From a virus, in IMG/VR virus record IMGVR_UViG_3300018080_000001, positions 64,001 to 128,000 of that record: DNA of 64,000 nt; one strand, 5' to 3'. A program made the position numbers and the translations under genes. The first letter of the stretch is position 1; every line of letters starts with the position of its first letter. Under the pieces are notes generated by a model. The model made no database searches. It was not told the origin of the DNA and saw nothing but the letters and a program-made list of their open reading frames with translations. Positions 1-10,961 of the stretch are shown in pieces.

Positions 1-2108
1 TATGTAGATCCAATAACCCACATCATAGCAGCATCTAAATCATTATTAAATACCGTTGACGCACCAATATCCATTGACTGTATAACACCATTATAATCTG
101 CATATACTAATGTATTAGTATTATCTATCACAACCAAAGTAGGATCAGCGGGAATATTTAACCTTTGCCCGCGACAATAAGCATGTCCGCCACGAACCGG
201 AAAATTAAGATTAACGCCTAAAGAAGCATCAGTTTCAAAACTACCATTCAGTTCATCCCTAGAAAATAGAATTCCGGAGTAATGAAGCTCATCCGTAGAA
301 TAATAATCCGTAACGGCTAATGCCTCATCCGCCATCTCATATGCACATAGATTCCCGTAATGCCTACGATCAATAGTGTGACGAACACCGCCACCCGCCT
401 GAAAATCTGTCTCCCAACCTAAAGCACCTCTAGTTTGATCCCACCAATAAAGAAGGGAACCAATTTTCATATTTTGATCGTAATCCAAATGTGCATAAAC
501 AGTTATAGTGTCTGAAGTGGTAGCCGCTGGTAATTTTACGTCTGGACTCGGACCATACGAAGATCTATTCACATATAAATCAATCCAGTGAACTCCAGTA
601 TCGTCATAGAGTCTTATAATTTGTCCTTCTGGATCAGAAGCACCAGGAGGAACAGTATTGTCAATAGTTACTGTATCTCCCGTAGTTCCACCCGTAGGAC
701 CCCAAGAAAAAGTATATACAGCGGCAGCAACCACGCAATTCAAATCATATGTGGTAGTAGCTGGATGATCATCGGACATATCAATAATCCAAGTACCAGT
801 AACCGTGCGCACGGGCAAAGTAGCGGGATTAGTATCCGTACGCAAATTAACTACCAGGGCTTCGTTCTGATCCACATATACTTCATATAACTTCGAACCC
901 TCTTTTACCGTGGTTCCTAATGCTCCGGCAGTAAAATTAGCCGGTGTAAACAAAATAGAAGTAGGACTCATACCATCTAATTTTTTACCATTTACGTAGT
1001 ATAAATCACCAGCAATGGGTGGTTGTACATTCAAGGTATCGCCACCTGGTGGTGTATTAATAGTTAAGCTCATTGCAAAAGTATTTAAATAAGATCCTCT
1101 CCAAATACCGTTGCAATGCTGAATATCCTGATGCTCTTCTAATAAACTTAAGGTAGCTGCACCTTCAATATTATCAGCACTAAGACCATGCGGATTATTA
1201 GGACCTACAATTCCGGTGCCTATAAAGTTCCGATGTAACGTGTCTTCACCAGTTAATCTGGGAATATCTTGATAATATAAATTAACAATGGTTATAGTCT
1301 CTGTAGTAGAACCTCCAATAACCGGCAACAAGGATATAATTACCTGTACACGAATTGTATTACCGGAACCATCCGCTATGTCCCTAATCTCATCTACAGT
1401 AAATGTCTCCACAGGACCAAGACCGCCCGTAGAAGACTGCCAACGAAGGGTATAATTAGGCGCACCTGTGTCATCATAAGTAAGCGTCCCATCCCCCGTA
1501 GGAGTACTAGAATCTACGGCAAGAATGGTAACACCAGTAATCGTAGTCAAAACCGTGGGGCTAGCATAAAGAATATTATTATAAACAGTGGGGTTAAAAA
1601 TATTGGAAGTGGTTAACGCATTCCCCACACCATTAGCACTAACTTTACCAATTAAAAGACACCTGTCCCTCGCGTCATTAGCCAGATTATTATCCGTTAA
1701 GGGAAGTGCTAAAAAATTAGTTTCACTATATACCCGTATTCTCCAAGCTAATGCCGCCTCCGTGGGGTATACGTTTCCATCGCTCTCATGAGGCTGATTA
1801 CCAATGTCGTCTTCAGTATAAACAGCGCAAACATAATTCACTACACCTAAAGTATAATCATCAAGAACAATAGAATAATAGTCACTAGTAGTACTGATAA
1901 ATTCCCCATTAGGCACGTAACCTGTTAGTTGCTTTATATCAATACGAGTATTATCCACTGCGTTAATTGTGATCTCACCCCCGGATTCCATTCCGCGAGA
2001 AGTCCAATCAACACGATTGCGCTTTATTTCTTCTGCTTTAGAAGTTTCAGTACGTCGTAATGCAACCTGATCCACCAAAACCCCATCGGGATATCTACTA
2101 CCTCTCAT
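1..2108 (-). CDS. Baseplate/tail-fibre attachment protein, C-terminus truncated by the window edge (not in the ORF track)
   Basis: ATG at 2108 preceded by AGGAG. My translation (MRGSRYPDGVLVDQVALRRTE...AMMWVIGST) stays open to position 1. It is beta-rich, contains NNPHG, and shares a 'GxGxLxY...LRW' module with the 1206-aa wedge protein. It lies downstream of the baseplate genes. Confidence 0.75.
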   Translation of the reverse strand, partial: MRGSRYPDGVLVDQVALRRTETSKAEEIKRNRVDWTSRGMESGGEITINAVDNTRIDIKQLTGYVPNGEFISTTSDYYSIVLDDYTLGVVNYVCAVYTEDDIGNQPHESDGNVYPTEAALAWRIRVYSETNFLALPLTDNNLANDARDRCLLIGKVSANGVGNALTTSNIFNPTVYNNILYASPTVLTTITGVTILAVDSSTPTGDGTLTYDDTGAPNYTLRWQSSTGGLGPVETFTVDEIRDIADGSGNTIRVQVIISLLPVIGGSTTETITIVNLYYQDIPRLTGEDTLHRNFIGTGIVGPNNPHGLSADNIEGAATLSLLEEHQDIQHCNGIWRGSYLNTFAMSLTINTPPGGDTLNVQPPIAGDLYYVNGKKLDGMSPTSILFTPANFTAGALGTTVKEGSKLYEVYVDQNEALVVNLRTDTNPATLPVRTVTGTWIIDMSDDHPATTTYDLNCVVAAAVYTFSWGPTGGTTGDTVTIDNTVPPGASDPEGQIIRLYDDTGVHWIDLYVNRSSYGPSPDVKLPAATTSDTITVYAHLDYDQNMKIGSLLYWWDQTRGALGWETDFQAGGGVRHTIDRRHYGNLCAYEMADEALAVTDYYSTDELHYSGILFSRDELNGSFETDASLGVNLNFPVRGGHAYCRGQRLNIPADPTLVVIDNTNTLVYADYNGVIQSMDIGASTVFNNDLDAAMMWVIGST

Positions 2109-2120
2109 TTTATTCTCCTG

Positions 2121-2600
2121 TTACCACCAAGCCCAACGATCCTGAAGTCCCTTCGGCCATTCGGACTTGGGAATATTAACTTTCTGCCCAGCATACTTTC
2201 TAGCTGCTTTTTCAAACCTGTTATCATAATAACTATGTTTATCCTTCATAAACAACCAAATAAAAATACTATTAAATATATACAAAAAAGGAAGTAAAAT
2301 ACCAAATATATACTGTTGATAACAATGCATAGTTTCATGCTTTATTGTTCTTCTCCATCTCTCTCCATTAGTATCCACAACAAATATATTACTACCGCAA
2401 CTATAACCCGCCCAGCCTTTTTCCTTAAAAAATTTTCTACAAAACCACCCATCATCACGCATATCCCAAGTTAAAATATAATTAGAATCAAAATCAAGCT
2501 TTGATATTTGTCCTGTAATAGCCAAGAATATTCCTAGTAACCAACCCCAAATAGAAAGTGGCATCGACCAAAGAAAACCTAGTAAATAAACTATAGACAT
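2121..2600 (-). CDS. Membrane protein with HExxH zincin-like motif
   Basis: Hydrophobic N-terminus, HETMH motif, then a TM segment and 'YYDNRFEKAA'. RBS GGAGG. Confidence 0.6.
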   Translation of the reverse strand: MSIVYLLGFLWSMPLSIWGWLLGIFLAITGQISKLDFDSNYILTWDMRDDGWFCRKFFKEKGWAGYSCGSNIFVVDTNGERWRRTIKHETMHCYQQYIFGILLPFLYIFNSIFIWLFMKDKHSYYDNRFEKAARKYAGQKVNIPKSEWPKGLQDRWAWW

Positions 2601-2609
2601 TTTTACCTC

Positions 2610-5600
2610 CTATGCCGGTTCAGTAAGAGCGGGTACCCACCTGTTTACTCCAAACGCGTGTAAGCACTTCAAGGTCATAGACCTAATTCTAAAATCTCGT
2701 AAATCACGTATACCTGTAACAGATAACCTCAATTGATGAAAATCATGATCATTTCTAATATTTTCATTTCTTTCTATAGTATTCCATGAAGCAGCCAAAC
2801 ACGCGGCGTTATTAATGCCAGAACGATGTTCAAAAACTTCCGTCAATCTACTCTTACCATAAACTCTCTTTTCCTTATGACTTAAAAAATAAGTAGCCCC
2901 CGCAATTAACTGTGAAAGATCGATCTCCACTGTTTTAGAATCCAGATATCTCCAGTATCTTTGGGACAACGTATAAGTATTAGAACCGTCTTCCACATTT
3001 ATATTAGAATCTGACATATTCATAGTAGATTGTTCTACTAGAGTTGCTCGTCCATTATTAGGATTGAAAAATAAGGGAATCGTAGCATCATATTCCCCCT
3101 GTTCCTTATCCAAACGATCCCATAAAAAATAGTCTGCAAATATTATATGATCAATCAAATTGTAACCTGTTAAATCCATGACCGGAACTGTAACCTGATA
3201 TATTAAACCATAATCTATTGTATATACGGAAGAAGCAGAATAACTAGAAGTAATTGTAACCTGATTAGCCGCAGTAAAACTCCATAAATCGTTTGGAAAA
3301 GCAATACCATCCTCGTATAAAATAGCATTAACCTGATCTTGATCAGAAGCATAAGTCAAAGTTGCTACCCAGTTTGGACCAACCGGGGTAAAAGATAACT
3401 GCTCATCTTCTACAGGCAAAAGCGTAGGATATACATAAGCATAGACAAAAGGATCAGACGCACTTATCGTTGTATTCACATGCGTGCAAACACTAAAATC
3501 AGCCTCACTAATAGCCCCAAACAAATTAGTGGGATTATTATTAGAATCGTATTCAGTTACATCCAATAAATCAATAGAAGAATTTGCAGCAGATATTCTA
3601 CGAGCATGACCCTGATTAACCGTAGTATCAGTAATTGTCACATCTCTATTCGTAGTTGCTGCCGGTGGAGTTCCGCTCAAAATTTTTAATAAACTCCACG
3701 TTATCGAAACTGTAATAGTAGAACCATCCGCAGAAGTTAGTATATAAGATCCATTACCCACCAAAGAAACCCAAGCACCGTAAGTACTTCCAAGTGTCTC
3801 CCACCTTAATCTTCTTGTATCCCCCACACTATTATATTCATATTCTATATTACCTACCCCAGCCGGTGTAGTTTCAGATATATGCGTTATTTCAACTCCG
3901 GATAAAGGTATAGTAATATTAGATTTTTTATGTCTTAATCCTAAGTATTCCTTCTCCAACAGGGATAAAGGATGCGGAGACCATAACCAAACCAATTCAC
4001 CAAAATACTGTCTGTGTCTGCTTCTCACCTGCGTAACTGTAGCCAAATAACTTGAAGAAATTAAATTAATTCCCACATTCATTGCATCTATAGAAAACTT
4101 TATATTACCTCCAGGTTTATCAATAGCAACAGATACTAAAATACCATTATCTAAACTCCCTGGTGGAACTGAATCGGGAGGTACTATAGTCTCAAACTCA
4201 GCGTATGTTGCTCCCTCATAACCTAAACCCCCGGTATCTACTACAATGGGAAATGCACCACTGCCTACCCACGTAGTTCCATTATCAAAACTAAAGGCTA
4301 ATGTTATTGTAGCTACACCCGCACCATAACTTCTGAACCAACCATTTATTTTGGCTTCAAATCCCTCGTAATCATAGAACATCCCCCGACTTCTCTGGGG
4401 AAAATTAGTACCACGTGGACCTGGCCTTGGCATAGGCCAATTCAGCACATGAGAACGAACCTCTAACGCAGTTTCTCCTCCTACAGTCTCCTCTATAATC
4501 CATTTAAACGCAGGATTAGGGTCTAAAGGATCGGGCTTACCTTCAATAACATCAGATGTATCTATAGTGGTTGTAATGGATGGGGGCGGTGTTTCTATCC
4601 ACCAATTATCAGGTGTTTCATCAAAACCATAATTAGTATCATCGGCCACTGTTATTGTGTCTATAGTCACACCGGCAGCAGGTAGTAATGAAGTATCACA
4701 GTTAATCCACAAGCCTAAAATTTGCGCCAAATTATTTCTCGTCCTATTATAACCAATAGAAAAATTTACAACAGCAGTAGCAGGCCAAGGCGCTACTAGA
4801 ACATCCATTAAATCCGTAATACAATTAACATGCAATTGAGCACTTAAGCTATCTGTTAAAATATAATTACCATTTTGTGTTATAGACACCCAAGGACTAT
4901 AAACAGCACCAAACGATCTCCATCTTAATCTCCTAGTCACCGGAGTAACGCTACCATCATATTCGTATTCTAAATCCGCATTGCCCAATACAGAAGGATT
5001 TCCCTGTATTTTATTTATATAAACACCATTTCTGATATTAGGATAAAAAACAAAGTCTCCAGGTTTATTTCCCAATATTATTGGCGCAATGTTCTGTACC
5101 CCGTGCTCTATTTTTATACTAGAATTAGGAGCCAAAGGACACTGTAAAAGTAACTTAGAATTGTAAACAGAAGCAAACGCAGCATATGGCGCACCATAAC
5201 GAACATCTGCCACCAAAGCATTATTTATATCCGTAACAACCGTAGCCAAAGGAACGGCAGCGCCCGGAGTAATTGTTATTGCAATTAAACCGTGGTTATC
5301 AATATCCATATACAAAATATCGTCAACACCAATAGTTATGTTAAAAGTTCCCGCCAACCCTAAGATATAAGCTGCTACTGTACTAGGATAACCCGGTATA
5401 AATAAATCTCCATCAGCAGCCTGTATAGTGGGTCCTGTAATACCGAAAGGCCCCCAATTAAGCTCATTAGTACCCGCAGTATAATATAGTCTGTGCAAAG
5501 CGCTAGGAGTAACATCCGCCTCCACGCCCAAGGGTGTTACTCCAGTTATATTACCCGTAGTAGATATACTATGTGATCTTTCCTTAAACCTATGATTCAT

Positions 5601-6230
5601 AGCCATAGAATGGTCTAAAAACCAATTCGGACCCCACATTCTACGGGAATAACCAAACGGTGGAATTTGAGTAAATTCAGCAACAGCAGTCTCTAAACCC
5701 CTGAACCTAGATCCGTAATTTCTATAACCCAATCTAAGCTCATGAATAAAATTACGATAAGTATCTAAGTCCTGGCCTAAATTATTATATGTTCTTATTG
5801 CCTCTCCAAAATGATCTTCAATCCCATTTATAGTTACGTTCTCTATCGATAAATCATCTTGAGTCTCTTGTATATTATCATCAATATACTCCAGCACTTC
5901 TGCATAAGAAGCTAGCCAAATAGCATAATCCCTCAGAGTAACATAGGATTTTAATTGACGACCATCCAAATGGTCTAACAAAATTATCTCGTTATCCCCT
6001 AGATCTAAATACCTCCAAAAAACAACGTTACCTTCAGCATCGGATAAAACAGTACCCGTAAATTTATCATTTATATAAACACCAAATTCATTAGTAGGTG
6101 TCCCTGTTTCTAGCCTTACTTCCGTCTTACCAGATCGATAAGGCAATACCATGCCCAAAGATCTGTAAAAATCCCCACCAACAATATTATCTATTAACTC
6201 GTTATACCTATATACACCGTCAATAGCCAT
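2610..6230 (-). CDS. Large baseplate wedge subunit
   Basis: 1206 aa, downstream of baseplate J. Wedge-like segment 'DLDTYRNFIHEL...GSRFRGLETAV' and repeated beta modules. Confidence 0.65.
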   Translation of the reverse strand: MAIDGVYRYNELIDNIVGGDFYRSLGMVLPYRSGKTEVRLETGTPTNEFGVYINDKFTGTVLSDAEGNVVFWRYLDLGDNEIILLDHLDGRQLKSYVTLRDYAIWLASYAEVLEYIDDNIQETQDDLSIENVTINGIEDHFGEAIRTYNNLGQDLDTYRNFIHELRLGYRNYGSRFRGLETAVAEFTQIPPFGYSRRMWGPNWFLDHSMAMNHRFKERSHSISTTGNITGVTPLGVEADVTPSALHRLYYTAGTNELNWGPFGITGPTIQAADGDLFIPGYPSTVAAYILGLAGTFNITIGVDDILYMDIDNHGLIAITITPGAAVPLATVVTDINNALVADVRYGAPYAAFASVYNSKLLLQCPLAPNSSIKIEHGVQNIAPIILGNKPGDFVFYPNIRNGVYINKIQGNPSVLGNADLEYEYDGSVTPVTRRLRWRSFGAVYSPWVSITQNGNYILTDSLSAQLHVNCITDLMDVLVAPWPATAVVNFSIGYNRTRNNLAQILGLWINCDTSLLPAAGVTIDTITVADDTNYGFDETPDNWWIETPPPSITTTIDTSDVIEGKPDPLDPNPAFKWIIEETVGGETALEVRSHVLNWPMPRPGPRGTNFPQRSRGMFYDYEGFEAKINGWFRSYGAGVATITLAFSFDNGTTWVGSGAFPIVVDTGGLGYEGATYAEFETIVPPDSVPPGSLDNGILVSVAIDKPGGNIKFSIDAMNVGINLISSSYLATVTQVRSRHRQYFGELVWLWSPHPLSLLEKEYLGLRHKKSNITIPLSGVEITHISETTPAGVGNIEYEYNSVGDTRRLRWETLGSTYGAWVSLVGNGSYILTSADGSTITVSITWSLLKILSGTPPAATTNRDVTITDTTVNQGHARRISAANSSIDLLDVTEYDSNNNPTNLFGAISEADFSVCTHVNTTISASDPFVYAYVYPTLLPVEDEQLSFTPVGPNWVATLTYASDQDQVNAILYEDGIAFPNDLWSFTAANQVTITSSYSASSVYTIDYGLIYQVTVPVMDLTGYNLIDHIIFADYFLWDRLDKEQGEYDATIPLFFNPNNGRATLVEQSTMNMSDSNINVEDGSNTYTLSQRYWRYLDSKTVEIDLSQLIAGATYFLSHKEKRVYGKSRLTEVFEHRSGINNAACLAASWNTIERNENIRNDHDFHQLRLSVTGIRDLRDFRIRSMTLKCLHAFGVNRWVPALTEPA

Positions 6231-6231
6231 A

Positions 6232-7221
6232 CTATACCCCGACGCCTTTTTTCACTCCGGTCTTAGATTTAATCTGCGCATCATTTATGAATGACATTTT
6301 TATATCCGATTGTTCACTGTTTATAACACGCAAAGAATCTAAATAATAATACTCATAAGCATTCAACGCCGTATAAGTACCGCCTGCAACTACAGATACA
6401 TCAACTAAACCCGCATAAGCCGCAGATTGACCTTTAGTATCTGTACTAGGAACTACTGTACCCCGCATTCTATTTACAGACACTGTAACCGAATCATGAA
6501 CCGGATTATCGGCAAATACGGCATATGGTCTAAAAACAAAACTCTCTACTATAATACCTGATACGGCATAAGCCGCTGCTACATTATCTGCGTATATTCT
6601 ATACGTGGCCAAAGAAGTTGACATCCCTACTTCAGTATAAATTACTGAACCATTAGCAATAAAATATACTTTATCATTATACCTTAATATCTTAAATGTT
6701 GACAAGCCTCTGGTCCACGGAGTACTATAACTAGTTACCAACGATCCCAAACTATATAAATCACAAACTAAAGTCATCGTACCTTGCGTATCCAGTTCCA
6801 ACCGCATTGAAGCATAATTATTTGCATCTACGTACAAAACATAATTTATTAAATAAACTGTAGAAACAGGGTATACGGTTATATGCGGTATAGTTACCCG
6901 AATCTCCGATTGAACATTAGTCCACACGGCTTTAGACTCAACACCTGCAATAGAACCCCCCACAGCACCTGTATCCAGAGTCAAATGTGAAGATCCTGTG
7001 GTCAAAGAACCGCTGCCCCCAGAAATGTCCGTCCAACGTGATAAATTTAAAACCCCTGCTGTGAAATCATCATTCCACTGAAGCGGATCAAAACCAGATC
7101 CTTCTATAATAAAATTATTTCCCCCCGTAGAAGGACCCCTAAAAGGAGAAACTCCCGTAATGGACATAGCCATTCCATATAAAATACCGGTACCATAAAT
7201 AAATGTATTATACTTAGCCAT
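6232..7221 (-). CDS. Baseplate-associated protein with IPT/TIG-like and lectin-like segments
   Basis: Starts with 'YNTFIYGTGILYG', followed by IPT/TIG-like 'ITGVSPFRGPSTGGNNFIIEGSGF'. Sits between baseplate J and the wedge gene. Confidence 0.55.
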   Translation of the reverse strand: MAKYNTFIYGTGILYGMAMSITGVSPFRGPSTGGNNFIIEGSGFDPLQWNDDFTAGVLNLSRWTDISGGSGSLTTGSSHLTLDTGAVGGSIAGVESKAVWTNVQSEIRVTIPHITVYPVSTVYLINYVLYVDANNYASMRLELDTQGTMTLVCDLYSLGSLVTSYSTPWTRGLSTFKILRYNDKVYFIANGSVIYTEVGMSTSLATYRIYADNVAAAYAVSGIIVESFVFRPYAVFADNPVHDSVTVSVNRMRGTVVPSTDTKGQSAAYAGLVDVSVVAGGTYTALNAYEYYYLDSLRVINSEQSDIKMSFINDAQIKSKTGVKKGVGV

Positions 7222-8649
7222 CTATGTCACCAAATTTATAACAAAATCCGTACTAAGTATTCTGGCATATTCCGCAGGATCTACGGCAATATCCGATACT
7301 CCCGTTCCATCTTGTTCAGCCAACGTAATATAAGTCCAATTATCCACGCCTTGCACCTGCGAGACAACCCTATCAATATCAAACTCTTCTACATCATCAC
7401 CCAGCTTCAACCCATTTATATACTCAGTCACCGCAGTCTTAACCGTTAATAACACACTATCAGGATTACCCGAATTAACTTTTAAATTAGCCTCTATCTC
7501 AAGATACTTAGGTTGAGCCGCTCTAAATAATTTATCCATACCCATGGAATAAAATCTGGGCTGCGTAAAATATGAGGCCAAAGTCTCAATCATAGAATTA
7601 TATTCGAATGTAATTATAACAGGATCATCCAAAGCAGCCGGTGCACTACCACCGGATATAAATTTTATACCGTCTTCAGCCATGTTACTATACGAATATT
7701 CACCTTCTCCTATTATCACTTCATAATCTGTTCCCTCTACAAACGTTACTCCACCTGTAGTAGCTACTTCCAAAACCCTTATCAAGGGCTGTCTATCCAC
7801 TTCTATCAGCGTTTCTACTCCTGGATAGCCTGTAGTGTACGTTCTCTCTACAGGGGCCTCAGTCATCGCCCAGACATCCACAGCGCCCGCATCAGTTTGT
7901 TCACGTGTAAGAAAAGTATCTTGTCCATACACCACATAAGCATCGTACACTGTATTAAAATTATCTAGAACATAACTTTTTACGCCTGCTGGTGTACCTA
8001 TATTACTACCTTCTACATGAAGAAGATAACGATCAGCTACTTCTCTATTTGTCTCCGTCCCCCTACCAGAAGAACTACGATTCCTATTATAAACCTCATC
8101 GAAACCTGACAACGGCCTTCGCATGGTCTTTATTGTATAAGCACCTATCGAAGTCTCTTCCCCGGTAGATACCGAAGCAGCTAAAACATCTAATTCATAT
8201 TTCTCTGTTTCCGCGTTATAATAAGCATCAGGAGAAGCAAAAAACATGGTCTGGGTTTCAATCGTCCTAAAATTTATAGCCACCCCCGTTTCAGGATCTA
8301 CGATAGTGGCTAACGGGAAATTAACAGGCACCGTAATATTTGCCGTCGGTGTTTGATTCCTGGAAAAAGTAACAACCACAATAGAGCGAGAACCATCCCA
8401 CCGAACAATTCCCTCGTTGAACATAATGCTATCAACATCATCGGGAACAAGTTTTTCTACATTTTTCAAGCTAGCTAAATCATTTACATAAACAACACGC
8501 TTATTCTGGTCCTCCATCACCTCTGATACAGGATCTATTTGTAAGTCTCTAACCGGACCTATAGCCGTATCCAGAGTGGGATCTCTGAGATTAACCCCAT
8601 CTGCTATCATCACCCCAAATTGCGGTGCCGTTATATTTCCAACACTCAT
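7222..8649 (-). CDS. Baseplate J-like wedge protein
   Basis: Motifs 'GRGTETNREVADRY', 'GTPAGVKSYVL', 'GAVDVW', 'YINGLKLGDDV...VQGVDN'. Confidence 0.88.
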   Translation of the reverse strand: MSVGNITAPQFGVMIADGVNLRDPTLDTAIGPVRDLQIDPVSEVMEDQNKRVVYVNDLASLKNVEKLVPDDVDSIMFNEGIVRWDGSRSIVVVTFSRNQTPTANITVPVNFPLATIVDPETGVAINFRTIETQTMFFASPDAYYNAETEKYELDVLAASVSTGEETSIGAYTIKTMRRPLSGFDEVYNRNRSSSGRGTETNREVADRYLLHVEGSNIGTPAGVKSYVLDNFNTVYDAYVVYGQDTFLTREQTDAGAVDVWAMTEAPVERTYTTGYPGVETLIEVDRQPLIRVLEVATTGGVTFVEGTDYEVIIGEGEYSYSNMAEDGIKFISGGSAPAALDDPVIITFEYNSMIETLASYFTQPRFYSMGMDKLFRAAQPKYLEIEANLKVNSGNPDSVLLTVKTAVTEYINGLKLGDDVEEFDIDRVVSQVQGVDNWTYITLAEQDGTGVSDIAVDPAEYARILSTDFVINLVT

Positions 8650-8651
8650 AA

Positions 8652-9092
8652 TCAGCTCCTTAATGAACCGCTAACCGGAAAATTAGCAGCCCCAGATACT
8701 GTAATAATTTCTAATTTCCAACGAATTATTCTACCATCAGCTAAATCCGGCCAAAACTGCACGGGAGAAAAATCATAAATAAGTTCTTCTGCCGTTCGCT
8801 GACTAAATTGATAAGTTCTTTGTGCTCGTCTAAGTCTCTCCAAACCGTTTCTGACCAATAATTGAAAATCTAGCATAACCGGCACATTTAATGTTGCCGC
8901 AGAAGGATTATTTTGGTCCAATCCCACAGCAGAATCCAAGCCGCACCCGATTCCACCAATATCTCTAACGTCTGTGGATAAAGTCATTTTACAATCTTGC
9001 TCTGTCTTAGCTTTACCCGTCACCTTTTTATATAAACCTGTGGATAAGCTCCTTACGTAATCTCCATTTTTTATTTGTAGCGTATAAGACAT
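8652..9092 (-). CDS. gp25/GPW-like baseplate wedge (sheath initiator) protein
   Basis: 146 aa, 'LQIKNGDYV...G..K..QD' N-terminus, immediately upstream of baseplate J. Confidence 0.65.
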   Translation of the reverse strand: MSYTLQIKNGDYVRSLSTGLYKKVTGKAKTEQDCKMTLSTDVRDIGGIGCGLDSAVGLDQNNPSAATLNVPVMLDFQLLVRNGLERLRRAQRTYQFSQRTAEELIYDFSPVQFWPDLADGRIIRWKLEIITVSGAANFPVSGSLRS

Positions 9093-9589
9093 TATGGCAC
9101 TTGTTCAGCTTCGCGCATCAAGGCTTGATATATGGCGTCATCCAAAATTTGTACTGACGCAACCAATTGAATCTTTGTATCCTCCCAATAAGATATAAGT
9201 TGGTCCACTTCATCCATATAACTAACCATATTGTGAAAACTTTCTCTGGTAATAGCCAATGAACTCACCGCACTCTCAAACAGACTTCTCGCAGGATCTA
9301 AAAAGTACTCATAAAACTCCGGACAAAATTCAGCTAGCGGTCCTTCCGGTGCACTCATTAACTGTTCTCTGATAGCTTCAATAACCTTTTGAAACTGCTC
9401 CCACAAAAATTCCTCGGCCTTGGCTAAAACATCCCACTGAGCTAACCACGCTCGTAATGCTGCGATTTGAGCATCAATAGCCGCTATAATACTCAGGAGT
9501 AAAGCTTTCAGAGTTTCCAAAATTTTGGAAGCCTGTTCGTAAATCCATCTAGCCACACATTTTGCCAAAGGTCTAGCTGGAGAACCCAT
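9092..9589 (-). CDS. Helical baseplate-region hypothetical protein
   Basis: Likely start is the ATG at 9589 (AGGAG RBS). Lies between the spike and gp25-like genes. Confidence 0.55.
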   Translation of the reverse strand: MGSPARPLAKCVARWIYEQASKILETLKALLLSIIAAIDAQIAALRAWLAQWDVLAKAEEFLWEQFQKVIEAIREQLMSAPEGPLAEFCPEFYEYFLDPARSLFESAVSSLAITRESFHNMVSYMDEVDQLISYWEDTKIQLVASVQILDDAIYQALMREAEQVP

Positions 9590-9638
9590 ATAAAAACTCC
9601 TTCCCAAAAATTATATTAACACAAAACATTTACAAACC

Positions 9639-10961
9639 TTAAACAGTCCTAACAGTAGTACTTAAACAAACTGGTGTGGGCAACAATGCAGCTAAAGTTG
9701 CTGCCGCAACTCCCGCAGCAGCTAAAGGCAAATTTGGAGGAAATATTGACGCTGTATTTAAAGAAGCACTAAGAACAGTTAAAAATGTAACCATAGCCGC
9801 AGAAAAACTATCGCCTTTAACCACCCGATCAGTTGCTGCCGCACTTCCTAAATTAACAAAACCGGATAAACTTATGCTAGGAGCGCTAACAGCAACAGAA
9901 GCCGAAGAACTCAAACTCATGGTACCTGTAGAATTTAGACTCATCGAACCACTAGAAGTGATATTAACCGTAACCCCTGTTATATCAACAGAAGTAATTG
10001 CCGTTAAACTTGTACTAAGATTATTTACACTCCACTGGGCCAATGGCGTAGTCCAAGAAAATTTTGTCGCTAAATTAGCAGATACAACAAAATTTCCTAA
10101 TGTATCAATCTTTTCTTCATAAACATCAATATTACCGCTCAAATCCTTTAACAGTGTATAATCTCTTACAAATTGTCCAGCTTCTCCAATCATAGGAGAA
10201 AATAGAGTATCATTAATAACATCCCCACAAGATTTACGCGCTATAGTGGTACCACCAGGAATTAATCCACCATATCGTATATCGTAATTAACTTCCTGTG
10301 CCTGACCACCTCTAGCACTATATATATTAGTCTCTTGTTCATCTGTTGGCAAAACTCTACGTCTAGCACCACCCCTTCTTATTTCTGAAGACTCTCCCAC
10401 ATTTTCTATCTCTAATGTTGTTGTAGTAGTAATATCACCCGTTGGTTTATTTATATTAATACTATGGGGTCCACTACGTATCTTCGCCCTATCGCCTAAG
10501 TGTAAAACAGAATTACGTGCACTCATAAAATCCCAATCACCGGGTCTCAATCTTTCTCTGCCCGATGCAGGACCCCATCCAATTCCACCCCGGGCCTCAT
10601 TTTCTTGATCATATTGATCAAAACCCTCATAGAAAATAGCATGATAACCTAAAGCATAAGCCGTACCATTAGCATCAAACGCAATGAGTAAAGAATCTCC
10701 CACCTGCGGTATATATCGACCCCAGGAAGAACGTAAATAGTTCTTATCACTCTCATTCATTTTGGGTGGAACCGACAAACCTAATAAAGGAATTGTTACT
10801 TTTCTACTGTAAGCTAAGGATTCAAACAATACATTTACAGTCCCCTCATCAACATATACATCAGTTACCCTAGCCCGATGTATACTATTCATAAAAGAAT
10901 TCTCCTTAGACTTACGACTTAAAAAAGAACTAGATTCCTTATTTACAATATTTCTTCCCAT
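9639..10961 (-). CDS. Baseplate central spike / gpV-like protein
   Basis: N-terminal OB-fold-like 'ARVTDVYVDEGTVNV...YIPQVGDSLLIAF'. C-terminal Ser/Thr-rich beta-helix and 'VNLGS...VVKGD'. Confidence 0.75.
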   Translation of the reverse strand: MGRNIVNKESSSFLSRKSKENSFMNSIHRARVTDVYVDEGTVNVLFESLAYSRKVTIPLLGLSVPPKMNESDKNYLRSSWGRYIPQVGDSLLIAFDANGTAYALGYHAIFYEGFDQYDQENEARGGIGWGPASGRERLRPGDWDFMSARNSVLHLGDRAKIRSGPHSININKPTGDITTTTTLEIENVGESSEIRRGGARRRVLPTDEQETNIYSARGGQAQEVNYDIRYGGLIPGGTTIARKSCGDVINDTLFSPMIGEAGQFVRDYTLLKDLSGNIDVYEEKIDTLGNFVVSANLATKFSWTTPLAQWSVNNLSTSLTAITSVDITGVTVNITSSGSMSLNSTGTMSLSSSASVAVSAPSISLSGFVNLGSAAATDRVVKGDSFSAAMVTFLTVLSASLNTASIFPPNLPLAAAGVAAATLAALLPTPVCLSTTVRTV

